Part shown: positions 36,710-46,614 of the stretch, one piece after another
Layout: each line of letters opens with the position of its first letter
Position numbering within the stretch: position 1 is the stretch's first letter
From: an uncultured Dehalococcoidaceae bacterium
Lineage (GTDB): Bacteria > Chloroflexota > Dehalococcoidia > Dehalococcoidales > RBG-16-60-22
Assembly (NCBI GenBank): GCA_964595455.1
Contig: CAZQQL010000001.1
Span: 15,236 to 79,235 of the forward strand
Reading direction: 5' to 3'
Length of the DNA: 64,000 bases
The notes under the pieces: model-generated
The model's database searches: none
Seen by the model: the letters and a program-made list of their open reading frames with translations, nothing else
What the model was told of the DNA's origin: nothing
Translations under genes and position numbers: made by a program

Positions 36710-37063
36710 TGATCATGTACCGTTTCAGGTTTATTTCCTATCGTGCTCTGGCGCCTTGGTTGTCCGGAAAGACCGGGGCAGCTACTATGTGCTCCCTGGC
36801 CGAAAATCCGGGTCAATCATGCCGATACTTCGAGTATAGGCAGGCTTTTTCAAATGTGTCAATGCGTAAAAAGCGGTAGAAAAAGTGAGATGTGTTGCTG
36901 AGTACGTCCATGCCGTTCCTAGAGCCATACCTAGGTCACGCCGGTTGCAGTCTGCTATCGGCTGACTACGCGGTTTGCCGTCTCGTCCTGCTGCGGGTTA
37001 TAGTAGGGCATTGGACTCATCTTTTAAAAAGTTGGAGTCGGGATCGTCGATTTACATAATCCT

Positions 37064-39019
37064 GTGGATAGTGAGTTAATATTGAATGAATTACCGCCCT
37101 GCGGATGGAGCGGCACAGCAGAAGACTTCCTTGCTGTGTCTCCCGCTGCATGGATAGAAGTTCTGACCGGACATCACCAGCGCTGCATGCTGGAACCGCC
37201 CGCTGAAAGCCAGGTCCATGCCTGGGAATCGTGCGGAGAGGTCCTGAGAAGAGCTCTGAATACCCTTATTGCGGAAAGGCCATCTCTTTCCCGGCTGGGG
37301 CTCGTCTTCGAGTACGAACTGCCTCGCGAACGCGGACGACGGCCGGACATCATCATCCTCTCCGCCGGGCAGGTTATCGTCCTTGAATTCAAGGAATCGG
37401 AACAGCCTTCCCGGGCCTACATAGACCAGGCCGCTGCGTACGCCCGCGACCTGCTTAACTATCACGAGGCCAGCCGGAGATTCCAGGTACATCCCGTCCT
37501 GGTGCTGGTCAACGGCGGCAAGCCGGTAACGAGGAGAGACGGCGTCGATATCGTGCCGGGAAACCTGCTCGGAGAATACCTGCGGATTCTGCTGGAAGCA
37601 GAACGGGAACCGACGGATGTGACGGCCTGGCTCCGGTCGCCATATCGGCCCTTGCCGGATATCGTCAGCGCGGCGCGCCTGTTGTTTCAGCATGAACCCT
37701 TACCTTTCATCCGCCGCGCCGGGAGCGCCGGTATCCCGCGGACGGTTAACGCATTGTCGGGTATTATCGAACAGGCCAGGGCCGGGCATGAGCGTCATCT
37801 CATCCTGCTCACCGGCGTACCAGGTTCCGGCAAAACGCTGGCGGGACTCCAACTCGTGTACGCCGACCTGACCGGGAACGAAAATCTCAGTAAAGACGCG
37901 GTGTTCCTCTCCGGGAACGGCCCTCTGGTGGAGGTGTTGCAGCACGCCCTGAAAAGCAAGGTCTTTGTCCAGGACGTCCACGGTTTCCTGAAACAGTACG
38001 GGGGCGGCAGCCGGCAAACACCGTCTGAGCGCATCTGGGTCTACGATGAAGCCCAGCGCGCTTGGGACGCCAACAAGGCCGGTGAAAAACGGGGCAGCCG
38101 GGTATCCCAGCCGGAGGACTTTCTCCGTATAGCGGAGCGCCTCGAAGACTGGACGGTGATCATCGCCTTGATAGGGGAAGGGCAGGAGATCCATGTCGGC
38201 GAGGAAGGCGGGCTGGCGCAATGGGATAGTGCCATGAAGAAGGTGCCGCTTCGCTGGTCGGTCCACTGCCCGCCAAGGTTGAAAGAGGCATTTCCCTCGG
38301 CGGCTGAAGTCATTGCTCATCTCGAATTGGATCTGACCGCGTCTCTGCGCTCCCACCTCGCGGAAGACGTCCACTGCTGGGCTGCTGTACTGCTGGACGG
38401 CGACCTCGGGAAAGCCGCCGCTCTGTCTGTTCGCATGGCAGAACAGGGCTTCGACATGTACCTGGCTCGCGACCTGGAAAAGGCCAAAGACTACGTGCGC
38501 CAGCGCTACGCCGGCTGCGCGGACAAGCGATATGGCCTGCTGGCGTCCTCGAAGGCCGTGGACCTGGAATACTACGGTATCCCGAACAACTACTTTGCCA
38601 CGAGGAAGGTCAAATACGGCCCGTGGTACAACGCCGATCCGGCCGACAAACGTTCCTGCTGCGCCCTGGAAGAGGTGGTAACCGAGTTCGGATGCCAGGG
38701 CCTTGAACTGGATTTCCCCGTCGTTTGCTGGGGCAGCGATATGAAGTGGGACGTCAAATCCTGGAGAACGCCGATCACCCGTCGTATCAATGCCTTCAAC
38801 CCCCGGGTGCTGCGACTGAACAGCTACCGGGTCCTGCTCACGAGAGGGCGGGACGGGTTCGTGGTTTTTGTGCCTCCCGCCGCCCGGTACGGTCCCACTG
38901 CGGATGCCCTGAAAGCCGCCGGACTGAAGGACCTTGAAGAGGGACCGTGCCCCATAAAAGAGGCTCCGGTCCGCGAACCGGGTCTTTACAGCCCGCTGCA
39001 GTTCTTCGGCAAGAGATGA
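37064..39019 (+). CDS. PD-(D/E)xK nuclease-like N-terminal domain fused to a DUF2075-type P-loop NTPase/helicase-like core
   Basis: RRPDIIILSAGQVIVLEFKES (D...ExK), Walker A GVPGSGKT, Walker B VYDEAQRAW, IGEGQEI, CQGLELDF, VLLTRGRDG. The GTG start is uncertain. Confidence 0.8.
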   Translation: MDSELILNELPPCGWSGTAEDFLAVSPAAWIEVLTGHHQRCMLEPPAESQVHAWESCGEVLRRALNTLIAERPSLSRLGLVFEYELPRERGRRPDIIILSAGQVIVLEFKESEQPSRAYIDQAAAYARDLLNYHEASRRFQVHPVLVLVNGGKPVTRRDGVDIVPGNLLGEYLRILLEAEREPTDVTAWLRSPYRPLPDIVSAARLLFQHEPLPFIRRAGSAGIPRTVNALSGIIEQARAGHERHLILLTGVPGSGKTLAGLQLVYADLTGNENLSKDAVFLSGNGPLVEVLQHALKSKVFVQDVHGFLKQYGGGSRQTPSERIWVYDEAQRAWDANKAGEKRGSRVSQPEDFLRIAERLEDWTVIIALIGEGQEIHVGEEGGLAQWDSAMKKVPLRWSVHCPPRLKEAFPSAAEVIAHLELDLTASLRSHLAEDVHCWAAVLLDGDLGKAAALSVRMAEQGFDMYLARDLEKAKDYVRQRYAGCADKRYGLLASSKAVDLEYYGIPNNYFATRKVKYGPWYNADPADKRSCCALEEVVTEFGCQGLELDFPVVCWGSDMKWDVKSWRTPITRRINAFNPRVLRLNSYRVLLTRGRDGFVVFVPPAARYGPTADALKAAGLKDLEEGPCPIKEAPVREPGLYSPLQFFGKR

Positions 39020-39032
39020 ATCGGGTTCCCAG

Positions 39033-39704
39033 TCAGTCTTTGTACCGTACTACTTCCGAGATCGGCCTTCTCGGGCTGCGGTAGGTGTTGATGACGGCAT
39101 CGGGATTGGGGTAACCGAGGCCGATACCCGTGATGATATTCAGGTCGTCAGGGATTTCCAGTTCTTTACGCAGCACGTCCTGGTGGGTTATGAAACCTCC
39201 GGCGATAAAGGAATCGATCCCGTATCCCTGCGCCGCCAGGCAGACCGTCTGAACGAACAACCCGATGTCCAGTTGGTTCGACAGGGCTTTGTCCATGCAG
39301 ATGATGACGAGAACAGGAGTCCCGAACAGCCTTGATCCCCATTCCAGGAACACCTTGCCCGACGCAGGATCATCCGGGTCCAGTCCGAGCAGTTGGAACC
39401 GTTCTTTCCTGATGACAGCCATGCGCTCCTGGATGTAAGCTGGCTGAGAAGGTCGTCCTGCCGGCGGCGGACTCCCCGCGCCGCTCGCAAAACGCTCCAG
39501 GTAGACCTTCCGTATCCTTTCCAGCGTAGCTCCCACGGTAACGAATACTTCCCAGGGCTGGCCGTTGCCGCCCGACGGACTGCGTGTGGCCGCTTCCAGG
39601 ATTTTCATTACCGTTTCACGGGGAACTGGCTTTGAACTGAAATCACGCACACTGTGTCGCCTGGATACTGCATCGATGACGTCCATGGGGCCCTCCTTGC
39701 TCAC
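39033..39704 (-). CDS. Nitroreductase-family protein
   Basis: RRHSVRDFSSKPV N-terminal motif; 223 aa. Confidence 0.8.
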   Translation of the reverse strand: MSKEGPMDVIDAVSRRHSVRDFSSKPVPRETVMKILEAATRSPSGGNGQPWEVFVTVGATLERIRKVYLERFASGAGSPPPAGRPSQPAYIQERMAVIRKERFQLLGLDPDDPASGKVFLEWGSRLFGTPVLVIICMDKALSNQLDIGLFVQTVCLAAQGYGIDSFIAGGFITHQDVLRKELEIPDDLNIITGIGLGYPNPDAVINTYRSPRRPISEVVRYKD

Positions 39705-39780
39705 TAACTGACCTTAGCATAACATGAAAGCGAAGAAGCGTTCATCCGCAGCCGTTGAAGAGCCGCCATTCCGTCCGGTG

Positions 39781-40818
39781 TCAGTCCGATATCCGCAGGA
39801 CTCCCGCCCCGTGGTACTTGCCCTGTTTGAGCATCAGTAAGGCCTTGTTGGCTTCTTCCAGTTTGAATTCCACGGTCTCCGGTATGATGGGTATTTTGGC
39901 CGCCAGGGGCAGGAATTCCTCGACGTCCCGCCGTGTGATATTGGCGACGCTCTTGATCTCTTTTTCCCACCAGAGGTGATCGGTGTAGTCCAGTTCCGGG
40001 ACCGGGGTCTCTTTCCGGATGGCGTTGATCACCAGCCTCCCGCCCTTGTCCAGGTTCTGCATCGCTTCCCTGACGGGGATGCCCGTCGGTGTAGTATCGA
40101 TGGCGCAGGCCGGCTTTTCCGGAGATTGCTCCCCGGTCATGCCCACCCAATCGGCCCCCATCGTCTTCGCCAGCCGGCCCGGGGCATCGTCCCTGTTGCG
40201 GGTGAAGACGAACACCCTGGAATCCGGATACTGATAGTTCACCATCTGCAGGACGAGGTGGGCTGAAGCCCCGAAGCCGTACAGGCCCAGGGACCACCCG
40301 TTCTGCATGCCGGTAAGCCGGAGCGCCCGGTAGCCGATGGCCCCCGCGCACATCAACGGCGCCGCCTCGACGTCGGTAAACCTCCCCGGTACCGGATAAG
40401 CGAAATCTTCATGCACCGTGGTATATTCGGCGTATCCGCCGTCCGCATCGCAGCCGGTGGCCCGGAACTTGTCGCACAGGTTTTCCATGCCGCTCCGGCA
40501 ATGCCGGCATACGCCGCAGCTTGAATTGATCCAGGCGATGCCCACCCGGTCTCCGGGTTTAAACCGGGTAGCTTCCGGCCCGGCTTCGATGACTCTGCCG
40601 ACGATTTCATGCCCGGGAATGACGGGCAGGACCGGTTGCCGTCTCCCTTCGATCTCATCGAGTTCGGTATGGCAGATACCGCAAGCCGTTACCTTCACAA
40701 GGATCTGGCCCCGGCCCGGCCGGGGGACCGGACGTTCTTCCAGCGCCAAAGGGGCAGCTTCGACTGGTGTTATGCTCCTCAATACCATCGCTTTCACGCC
40801 ATGTTCCTCCGCCGACAT
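39781..40818 (-). CDS. Zinc-dependent alcohol dehydrogenase
   Basis: GICHTELDEIEGR catalytic Zn motif and CGVCRHCRSGMENLC structural Zn motif. Confidence 0.85.
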   Translation of the reverse strand: MSAEEHGVKAMVLRSITPVEAAPLALEERPVPRPGRGQILVKVTACGICHTELDEIEGRRQPVLPVIPGHEIVGRVIEAGPEATRFKPGDRVGIAWINSSCGVCRHCRSGMENLCDKFRATGCDADGGYAEYTTVHEDFAYPVPGRFTDVEAAPLMCAGAIGYRALRLTGMQNGWSLGLYGFGASAHLVLQMVNYQYPDSRVFVFTRNRDDAPGRLAKTMGADWVGMTGEQSPEKPACAIDTTPTGIPVREAMQNLDKGGRLVINAIRKETPVPELDYTDHLWWEKEIKSVANITRRDVEEFLPLAAKIPIIPETVEFKLEEANKALLMLKQGKYHGAGVLRISD

Positions 40819-40986
40819 CGAGCTTCTTGATTTACAAGGATTTTTCCTTGTTCTTTAACCATTTTATCATGCTCTGCCTGGAGAACTACTTGGAATTCTC
40901 ATGGTGACCTGCTACACTCGTTCTATGCATGATTCGTTTGTTGTAGTTGGGACATTTTCTGAATCTGAACGTTGCTCGAGGTAACC

Positions 40987-43158
40987 ATGAAATCGAACCG
41001 TAGTACACAGGTCAAGACCTTCTGTTCGATGTGCGGGCCCGCTGCGGGCTGCGGTCTCAATTGCTTTGTTGAGGACGGCAGGCTCGTCAGGGTCGAGGGC
41101 ATGAAAGAAGCACCCATGAACCATGGCAAGCTCTGCGCCAAGGCATTCGCGTCCGCTGAGTGGCTGTATTCTCCGCAGCGCCTGAAATACCCCATGAAAC
41201 GGGTGGGGAAGAAAGGCGAGGGCAAGTTCGAGAGGATCTCCTGGGATGAAGCGGTCGGGACAATCGCGGAAAAACTCCTCCAGCAGAAACGGGAATACGG
41301 CCCGGAATCGCTGGCCATTCTTTCCCCCCAGCACCGTTCCTACAGCGAATATCTCTACCGGTTTCTCATGGTCCACGGCAGCCCCAACTACGGCCACAGC
41401 GGCATTTGCGCCATCCAGCGGGCTTTCGGGTTTGCCTACACGCTCGGTAGCCCCATGACCATGACAGACTTCGAACACACCGACCTCATCGTCATCTGGG
41501 GGGCCAATCCGGCGTTTGCAGGCACCTCGAAAGGAACGATGAAGGGCATCCTTGATGCCCGTGACCGGGGCGCCAGAGTCATGGCTATCAAGCCGGTCCT
41601 CCAGCCGGACGCCGCCCAGGCTGATGAATGGGTGCCGGTGAGGCCGGGCACCGATGCCGCCCTGGCGCTGGCCATGCTGTATGTCATCATCACCGAGGAG
41701 CGCTATGACAAAGAATTTACCGCACGATGGTGCCACGGGTTCCCGGAACTCAAGGCGCACATCCGGCAGTACACCCCCGAATGGGCGGCGCCCATCACCG
41801 GCATACCGGCCGACAGGATACGCGAGATAAGCCGGCTCTACAGCGACGCGAAATCGGCCTGCATCTTGGCTGGGAATGCTTTCGACCAGACCGTCAATGC
41901 CAACAACGCCCTGCGGGCCGTCGCCTCGCTGATCGCCATAACCGGTAACTTCGACCGTCCCGGCGGCAACGTCGTACCGGTGCCCGGCAAGGCGCCCATG
42001 CTGAAACCGGTCCATATCCGGGAGAGATACACACAGGAATGGATCGATAAACTCGTCGGTCCGGAACTGGCTCCAGGGATGCAGCCGTTCATTGAAGGGA
42101 CCTCATCCGCCTATTTCCGCTGCCTGGACAGCGTGCTGACGGAGAAACCGTACCCGCCCAGGACTATCATCGCCCCCGGGACGCAGCCGACCGTCATCAC
42201 CCGTGGGACGCCGCATATCATCAAGGCGCTGGAAAAACTGGATTTCTTCGTCGTCATAGATGTCATGGAAACGGCTTCCATGCCCTGGGCGGACATCGTC
42301 ATCCCCGTGGCAACCATGTATGAGTGCGACCATCCGTTTGAATTCACCGGTTCCTGGCTCATGGCCCGGAACAAGGTGGTAGAACCGCTTGGCGACTACA
42401 AGTCGGACTACCAGTTCTGGCTGGACTTCGGGGTCGCCGCTGGTTACGGGGACGAGTTCTGGCACGGCGATATGACCGCCTGCATGAACTATCAGCTTGA
42501 AAACTTCGAGATGACGATAGACCAGTTGCGACAGCATCCCGACGGGATAACGTTCCAGCCGGGCGAGATGACGTACGAGAAATATGACAAAATATTTACC
42601 ACCCCGAGCCCCCGCCTGTCCCATGAGCCGTATCTGCCGGAAGGAAAAGTAGCCCTCTATAATACGACGTTCGAGAAGAACGGCTTCAATCCGCTGCCGG
42701 AATGGGTTGCCCCGCCGGAAGGCCCGGAACGCAGCCCGGAACTCCTGGAACGGTTTCCGCTCGTCTTTTTCGATACGCACACTTCGGATGCCTACAATCA
42801 TGGGTGGCTGCGGAACGTCCCCAGCCTTCGCGAGTTGGCCCCCGACCCATGGATATACATCCACCCGGATACGGCAAAAGCGAGGGGGATTAAAGATGGG
42901 GACTGGGTTTCTATCGAGTCCCCGCATGGTTGGATAAAGGCGAGGGCGGAACTGTTCCCCGGCATCGCGCCGGATGTCGTCATGGGACTGCATGGCTGGT
43001 GGCAGGGCTGCCAGGAACTGGGATTGCCCGGCTATGACCTGCTCGACGGCGGGGCCAATACGAACCTGCTGTTCACCATCGATCCCGATAAGGCGTTCGA
43101 TCCCGTCATCACCGCCATGACGAAGCAGACGCTTGTCCAGGTCCGTAAATTGACATAA
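40987..43158 (+). CDS. Molybdopterin oxidoreductase catalytic subunit (DMSO reductase superfamily), cytoplasmic
   Basis: N-terminal FeS Cys cluster CSMCGPAAGCGLNC. Molybdopterin and C-terminal dinucleotide-binding regions present. No twin-arginine signal. ATG 40987 follows GAGG. Confidence 0.85.
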   Translation: MKSNRSTQVKTFCSMCGPAAGCGLNCFVEDGRLVRVEGMKEAPMNHGKLCAKAFASAEWLYSPQRLKYPMKRVGKKGEGKFERISWDEAVGTIAEKLLQQKREYGPESLAILSPQHRSYSEYLYRFLMVHGSPNYGHSGICAIQRAFGFAYTLGSPMTMTDFEHTDLIVIWGANPAFAGTSKGTMKGILDARDRGARVMAIKPVLQPDAAQADEWVPVRPGTDAALALAMLYVIITEERYDKEFTARWCHGFPELKAHIRQYTPEWAAPITGIPADRIREISRLYSDAKSACILAGNAFDQTVNANNALRAVASLIAITGNFDRPGGNVVPVPGKAPMLKPVHIRERYTQEWIDKLVGPELAPGMQPFIEGTSSAYFRCLDSVLTEKPYPPRTIIAPGTQPTVITRGTPHIIKALEKLDFFVVIDVMETASMPWADIVIPVATMYECDHPFEFTGSWLMARNKVVEPLGDYKSDYQFWLDFGVAAGYGDEFWHGDMTACMNYQLENFEMTIDQLRQHPDGITFQPGEMTYEKYDKIFTTPSPRLSHEPYLPEGKVALYNTTFEKNGFNPLPEWVAPPEGPERSPELLERFPLVFFDTHTSDAYNHGWLRNVPSLRELAPDPWIYIHPDTAKARGIKDGDWVSIESPHGWIKARAELFPGIAPDVVMGLHGWWQGCQELGLPGYDLLDGGANTNLLFTIDPDKAFDPVITAMTKQTLVQVRKLT

Positions 43159-43177
43159 CTGAGAATGAGGTTGTACT

Positions 43178-43699
43178 ATGCCGGAGCAACGCGGTTGGAT
43201 TTATGACGAAACAAGGTGCGTCAGGTGCCGCACGTGCGAAACAGCCTGTAAAACGGTGCGGGGTGTGGAACCCGGTATTGCCTGGAGAAGGCTGACGAAC
43301 GCCTGGACGGGGTCGTTCCCGGAGGTCCGCCTGACGTTCCTTTCGCTTGCTTGCCTCCATTGTGCTGAGCCTGCCTGCCTGAAGGTATGTAAACCCGGAG
43401 CCATCACGAAATCAGCGGAAGGCATTGTCCTGGTTGATCGGGAACGCTGCAACGGCTGCGGGGATTGCCTCACCGCCTGCCCTTACGACGTCCCCCGGAT
43501 AGGCAAAGATGGGACAATGCAGAAATGCGATTACTGCACCGGCATTGGGCAAGAACCGGTCTGCGCCGCGCATTGTCCAACCGGCGCGCTCCGGTACGGT
43601 GACCTTGAGGAAGCACTGCAGCCGCCTGCTGGCAGGGTCGTCGAGCGATACCCCGGCTCGACCGGACCATCTCTCTACCTGATCAGGAAGCCGGACTAG
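43178..43699 (+). CDS. 4Fe-4S ferredoxin-type electron-transfer subunit (DmsB-like)
   Basis: Four Cys groups: CVRCRTCETAC, CLHCAEPAC, CNGCGDCLTACP, CDYC...CAAHCP. Confidence 0.85.
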   Translation: MPEQRGWIYDETRCVRCRTCETACKTVRGVEPGIAWRRLTNAWTGSFPEVRLTFLSLACLHCAEPACLKVCKPGAITKSAEGIVLVDRERCNGCGDCLTACPYDVPRIGKDGTMQKCDYCTGIGQEPVCAAHCPTGALRYGDLEEALQPPAGRVVERYPGSTGPSLYLIRKPD

Positions 43700-43792
43700 C
43701 GTCAGGTTTCAGGCCTATCAGGAGATGGTCCGTTCAACAAATCTCACGTATCCTGATGCGCCCATATCAGCCATTTCAGACTTGCTTCCCGA

Positions 43793-44623
43793 ATGGGGTA
43801 TCCTGTAAATAGTATGGGTCACAAAAACTATTATGATATCCTCGGTGTCGGAAAAGACGCCACCCAGCAGGCCATCAAGGATGCCTACCGTAAACTGGCG
43901 TTCCAGTACCATCCTGACAAAAACAAGGGCGATCCGGCCGCGACCGATAAGATGAAGGACCTTAACGAGGCCTACGCCGTGTTGTCCGATCCCGCTAAGA
44001 GGAAGGAGTACGACTTCCTGAGCTCTCAGTATGGGACGGCAGCCTATGACCGTTTCCGCCAGGCGCATACCACCGAGGACATCTTCCGGGGTTCTGACAT
44101 AGACCAGGTATTCGAGGAATTTGCCAGGATGTTCGGGTTCCGCAGTTCGGGGGACATCTTCCGCGAGTCGTACGGTCCCCAGTATCAAACGTTCCGGTTC
44201 TACCGCACGGGCGGTTACGGGCAAGGCTACGGAAACCGGCACGGGTTTCAAGGACAAAACGGAGCAAGATATTCGGCCGGTACCGGGGCCGGGATGCCTG
44301 TCCTCAACGGAGTGACAGGGAAGATAATCAGGTTCTTTCTTAAAAGGGTCGCCGGTGTTGAATTGCCCGAGAGAGGCGATGACCTGCTGGATAACCTCGA
44401 CCTCGAACCTGAGATGGCGAGCCGCGGCGGCGAGGTAAGATATTCCATGGGGCAGAAAAACCTGATGGTCACGATACCGGCCGGGATAAAAGACGGCCAG
44501 CGCATCAGGCTTCGAGGTATGGGCGCTCAGGGTAAAGCCGGCGGGGAACCGGGTGACCTGTACCTGGAAGTGAAGACAAAGAAGTCCTTCTTCCAGAAGA
44601 TCAAAAATATGTTTACAGCCTGA
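43793..44623 (+). CDS. J-domain (DnaJ-like) protein
   Basis: YYDILGV...YHPDKNKGD with the HPD motif and a DnaJ C-terminal-like beta domain. The start could instead be 43814. Confidence 0.75.
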   Translation: MGYPVNSMGHKNYYDILGVGKDATQQAIKDAYRKLAFQYHPDKNKGDPAATDKMKDLNEAYAVLSDPAKRKEYDFLSSQYGTAAYDRFRQAHTTEDIFRGSDIDQVFEEFARMFGFRSSGDIFRESYGPQYQTFRFYRTGGYGQGYGNRHGFQGQNGARYSAGTGAGMPVLNGVTGKIIRFFLKRVAGVELPERGDDLLDNLDLEPEMASRGGEVRYSMGQKNLMVTIPAGIKDGQRIRLRGMGAQGKAGGEPGDLYLEVKTKKSFFQKIKNMFTA

Positions 44624-44891
44624 TATCCGCTCACGATCCAGATTTCCGGCAAATTTCACTCCTGTTCATGAAAACAAACGGGTGGAACAGCAGGATGACC
44701 GTTTCCAGTATCGAACCCCCTGGCCTTCGCATGTGCGTGACTCCAGTTTGCCTGAATACCTAACGTGAGCCCGGCGCGAAGGGCGTGCGTGTAGGGGAAC
44801 TTACGAATTCTTCTATCGTTACGGTATTTATATACTGGTGTAGTCTCGCATGAATTGCTGTCGAGACGTGAGTACATAAGGAGGTCTCACC

Positions 44892-45170
44892 ATGCGTGAA
44901 GAAGATCCTGCCGTCAGAGGCGGGCAAAAAGGAGGCAAAATAGGCGGGCCTAAAGGTGGAGAAGCATCCCTGCATAGCCAGAAAGTCAGCGCCGCCCAGT
45001 TTGCCCAATACATGAAGGGCATTGGTTTTCCCGCGGACAAAAACCAGATTGTTCAGACTGCAAAGTCCAACGGCGCTCCGGAAAACGTCATGGAATTCTT
45101 CAACAGACTTCCCAGCCGGCAATATCACCGGGCGAACGAAGTGGAACAAGAATTCGGCAAACTCAAATAA
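44892..45170 (+). CDS. DUF2795-like small protein
   Basis: 92 aa with an AAGGAGG RBS. The block KGIGFPADKNQIVQTAKSNGAPENVMEFFNRLP is typical of DUF2795. Confidence 0.7.
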   Translation: MREEDPAVRGGQKGGKIGGPKGGEASLHSQKVSAAQFAQYMKGIGFPADKNQIVQTAKSNGAPENVMEFFNRLPSRQYHRANEVEQEFGKLK

Positions 45171-45199
45171 CCCTTCAGGTATATTCCAGTCCTGGGATC

Positions 45200-45252
45200 A
45201 AACCGGGAAAAGCACAGTCCGTGGCAGGACCGGCCTTTTCCCGGTTTGCATT
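45200..45252 (+). terminator. Stem-loop terminator candidate
   Basis: 12-bp stem AACCGGGAAAAG / CTTTTCCCGGTT followed by TGCATTTATTT. Confidence 0.45.
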
Positions 45253-45328
45253 TATTTGTCAGCAAATACCTAACTAAGTGCCTTTCCCGGACGTTCTATT
45301 TAGTGAAAAGAATATTAGGGGAGCTTTA

Positions 45329-46456
45329 ATGAGAAAATCCTTTTTCATCTGGTTACTGGGCATATCGGGGATCATAGCGCTGGTCATCACCTGTAGTGGG
45401 TGCGGCGCTGCGATCACGACTCAGCCTGCATCCCAAACGGACCCGTTCACATCTGTGTGGGGTCCCGGAACCGAGCACATGATTACGTTCTCCGGTAATA
45501 CCGCCGGACACAAAGCTGGTGAAAAATCGGAGTTTATCCTGAAATTGAAGAGTAACGCCAATGACAAATGGGAAGGCGAGTATCTCATCCAGCTTCTCAA
45601 TGAGAACATCATAGTGCAGGAAATCGCTCGTGAGCCCTTCAGCGTGTCTTCCGGGCTCGAACCTCAAATACAGATCAGCGTAACCTGGAAAGAAGGGCTC
45701 GACGGCCCGTATGGGCTGTCTCTCTTCGTACCCGCCCGGGGCGCCCAAAGTATCACTACCATATGGATAGGGGAGAAGGGCGGCCAATCAGCCGGACCGT
45801 GGCCATCCCTTTCCAGTCATCCGTGGCTCTGGCCAGATATGGCTTACACCGAGGAAGCTGCGCGCCGCGCGGCCGAAGACTTCATCCGGCAGAGCCCGAC
45901 CTTCGCTTTCGACGGCATGGAAGATACCCTTGAACTCATCGAAACCCTCTACCCGGAAACCGAGCATGCCTTCCAGTTCGTGTACCGGTTTGACAGCACC
46001 CAGGCTGGCTACGGGGACAGGACCGGTCAAATGCTGGCGCAGGTCATCACGCCCCACGAAGCTATTATTACCGTGGAAAAAGGCGTGGTCAAGTCCGCGG
46101 TCATGGACGGGAAATGGGACATGCTGACGCAGGTAATGATTGACGATATAGAAATCGACCTTGCTCCGATACATGAAGTGGACGTCGCCGTGATGGAATC
46201 CTATCCGGAGCAGATCGGCATCAATATCGAACTTGGCCTGCGTGACGGCTGCACCACCTTCCATGATGCTGTGGTCACCCGTGACGACCTTACCGTCAAC
46301 ATAGAAGTGACTGCACAGCGCCCGGCGGACGCTGTCTGCACCGCGCTGTATACTTACTATACGAAGAACCTGAATCTCGGCAGTGACTTCGAACGCGGCG
46401 CTACCTACACGCTCAACGTGAATGATTTCACGACCTCGTTTACCTATCCTGACTAA
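45329..46456 (+). CDS. Hypothetical secreted lipoprotein
   Basis: Signal peptide ending in CSGC and an AGGGGAG RBS. No recognisable catalytic motif. Confidence 0.6.
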   Translation: MRKSFFIWLLGISGIIALVITCSGCGAAITTQPASQTDPFTSVWGPGTEHMITFSGNTAGHKAGEKSEFILKLKSNANDKWEGEYLIQLLNENIIVQEIAREPFSVSSGLEPQIQISVTWKEGLDGPYGLSLFVPARGAQSITTIWIGEKGGQSAGPWPSLSSHPWLWPDMAYTEEAARRAAEDFIRQSPTFAFDGMEDTLELIETLYPETEHAFQFVYRFDSTQAGYGDRTGQMLAQVITPHEAIITVEKGVVKSAVMDGKWDMLTQVMIDDIEIDLAPIHEVDVAVMESYPEQIGINIELGLRDGCTTFHDAVVTRDDLTVNIEVTAQRPADAVCTALYTYYTKNLNLGSDFERGATYTLNVNDFTTSFTYPD

Positions 46457-46472
46457 GGTCGTTATGACGGTA

Positions 46473-46522
46473 GCAAAGGCGGTAACACTATATTTAGTTG
46501 CCGCCTTTGTCATCTTCTTTTC
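46473..46522 (+). terminator. Rho-independent terminator candidate
   Basis: GCAAAGGCGG / CCGCCTTTGT stem followed by a T-rich tract. Confidence 0.5.
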
Positions 46523-46551
46523 AACTATCCTGTGGGATTTCCGATACTATA

Positions 46552-46581
46552 TTGACAGCGATATAACTGCCATGCTAAGAT
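46552..46581 (+). promoter_or_regulatory. Candidate sigma70-type promoter of the BtuFCD-like operon
   Basis: TTGACA (46552-46557), 18-nt spacer, TAAGAT (46576-46581). This implies a leader of about 340 nt. Confidence 0.4.
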
Positions 46582-46614
46582 AATGCAGTTTCTCCGGAGC
46601 TGTCCTCCCTGTAT

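Noticed and set aside
39704-40351. 215-aa minus-strand ORF overlapping the alcohol dehydrogenase gene in another frame.
   Set aside because: Its composition is Gly/Arg/Pro-rich and it has no motifs. The ADH frame (39781-40818) carries both zinc motifs.
40835-40850. Inverted repeat CAAGGA-tttt-TCCTTG between the ADH and molybdoenzyme genes.
   Set aside because: It is a single 6-bp inverted repeat in an AT-rich promoter region and is too short to call an operator without comparative support.
40987-41100. Looked for a twin-arginine signal or an in-frame TGA (selenocysteine) in the molybdopterin enzyme.
   Set aside because: The N-terminus has no RRxF(L/K) motif, and the ORF is uninterrupted from 40987 to 43158. 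The enzyme is treated as cytoplasmic and Sec-free.
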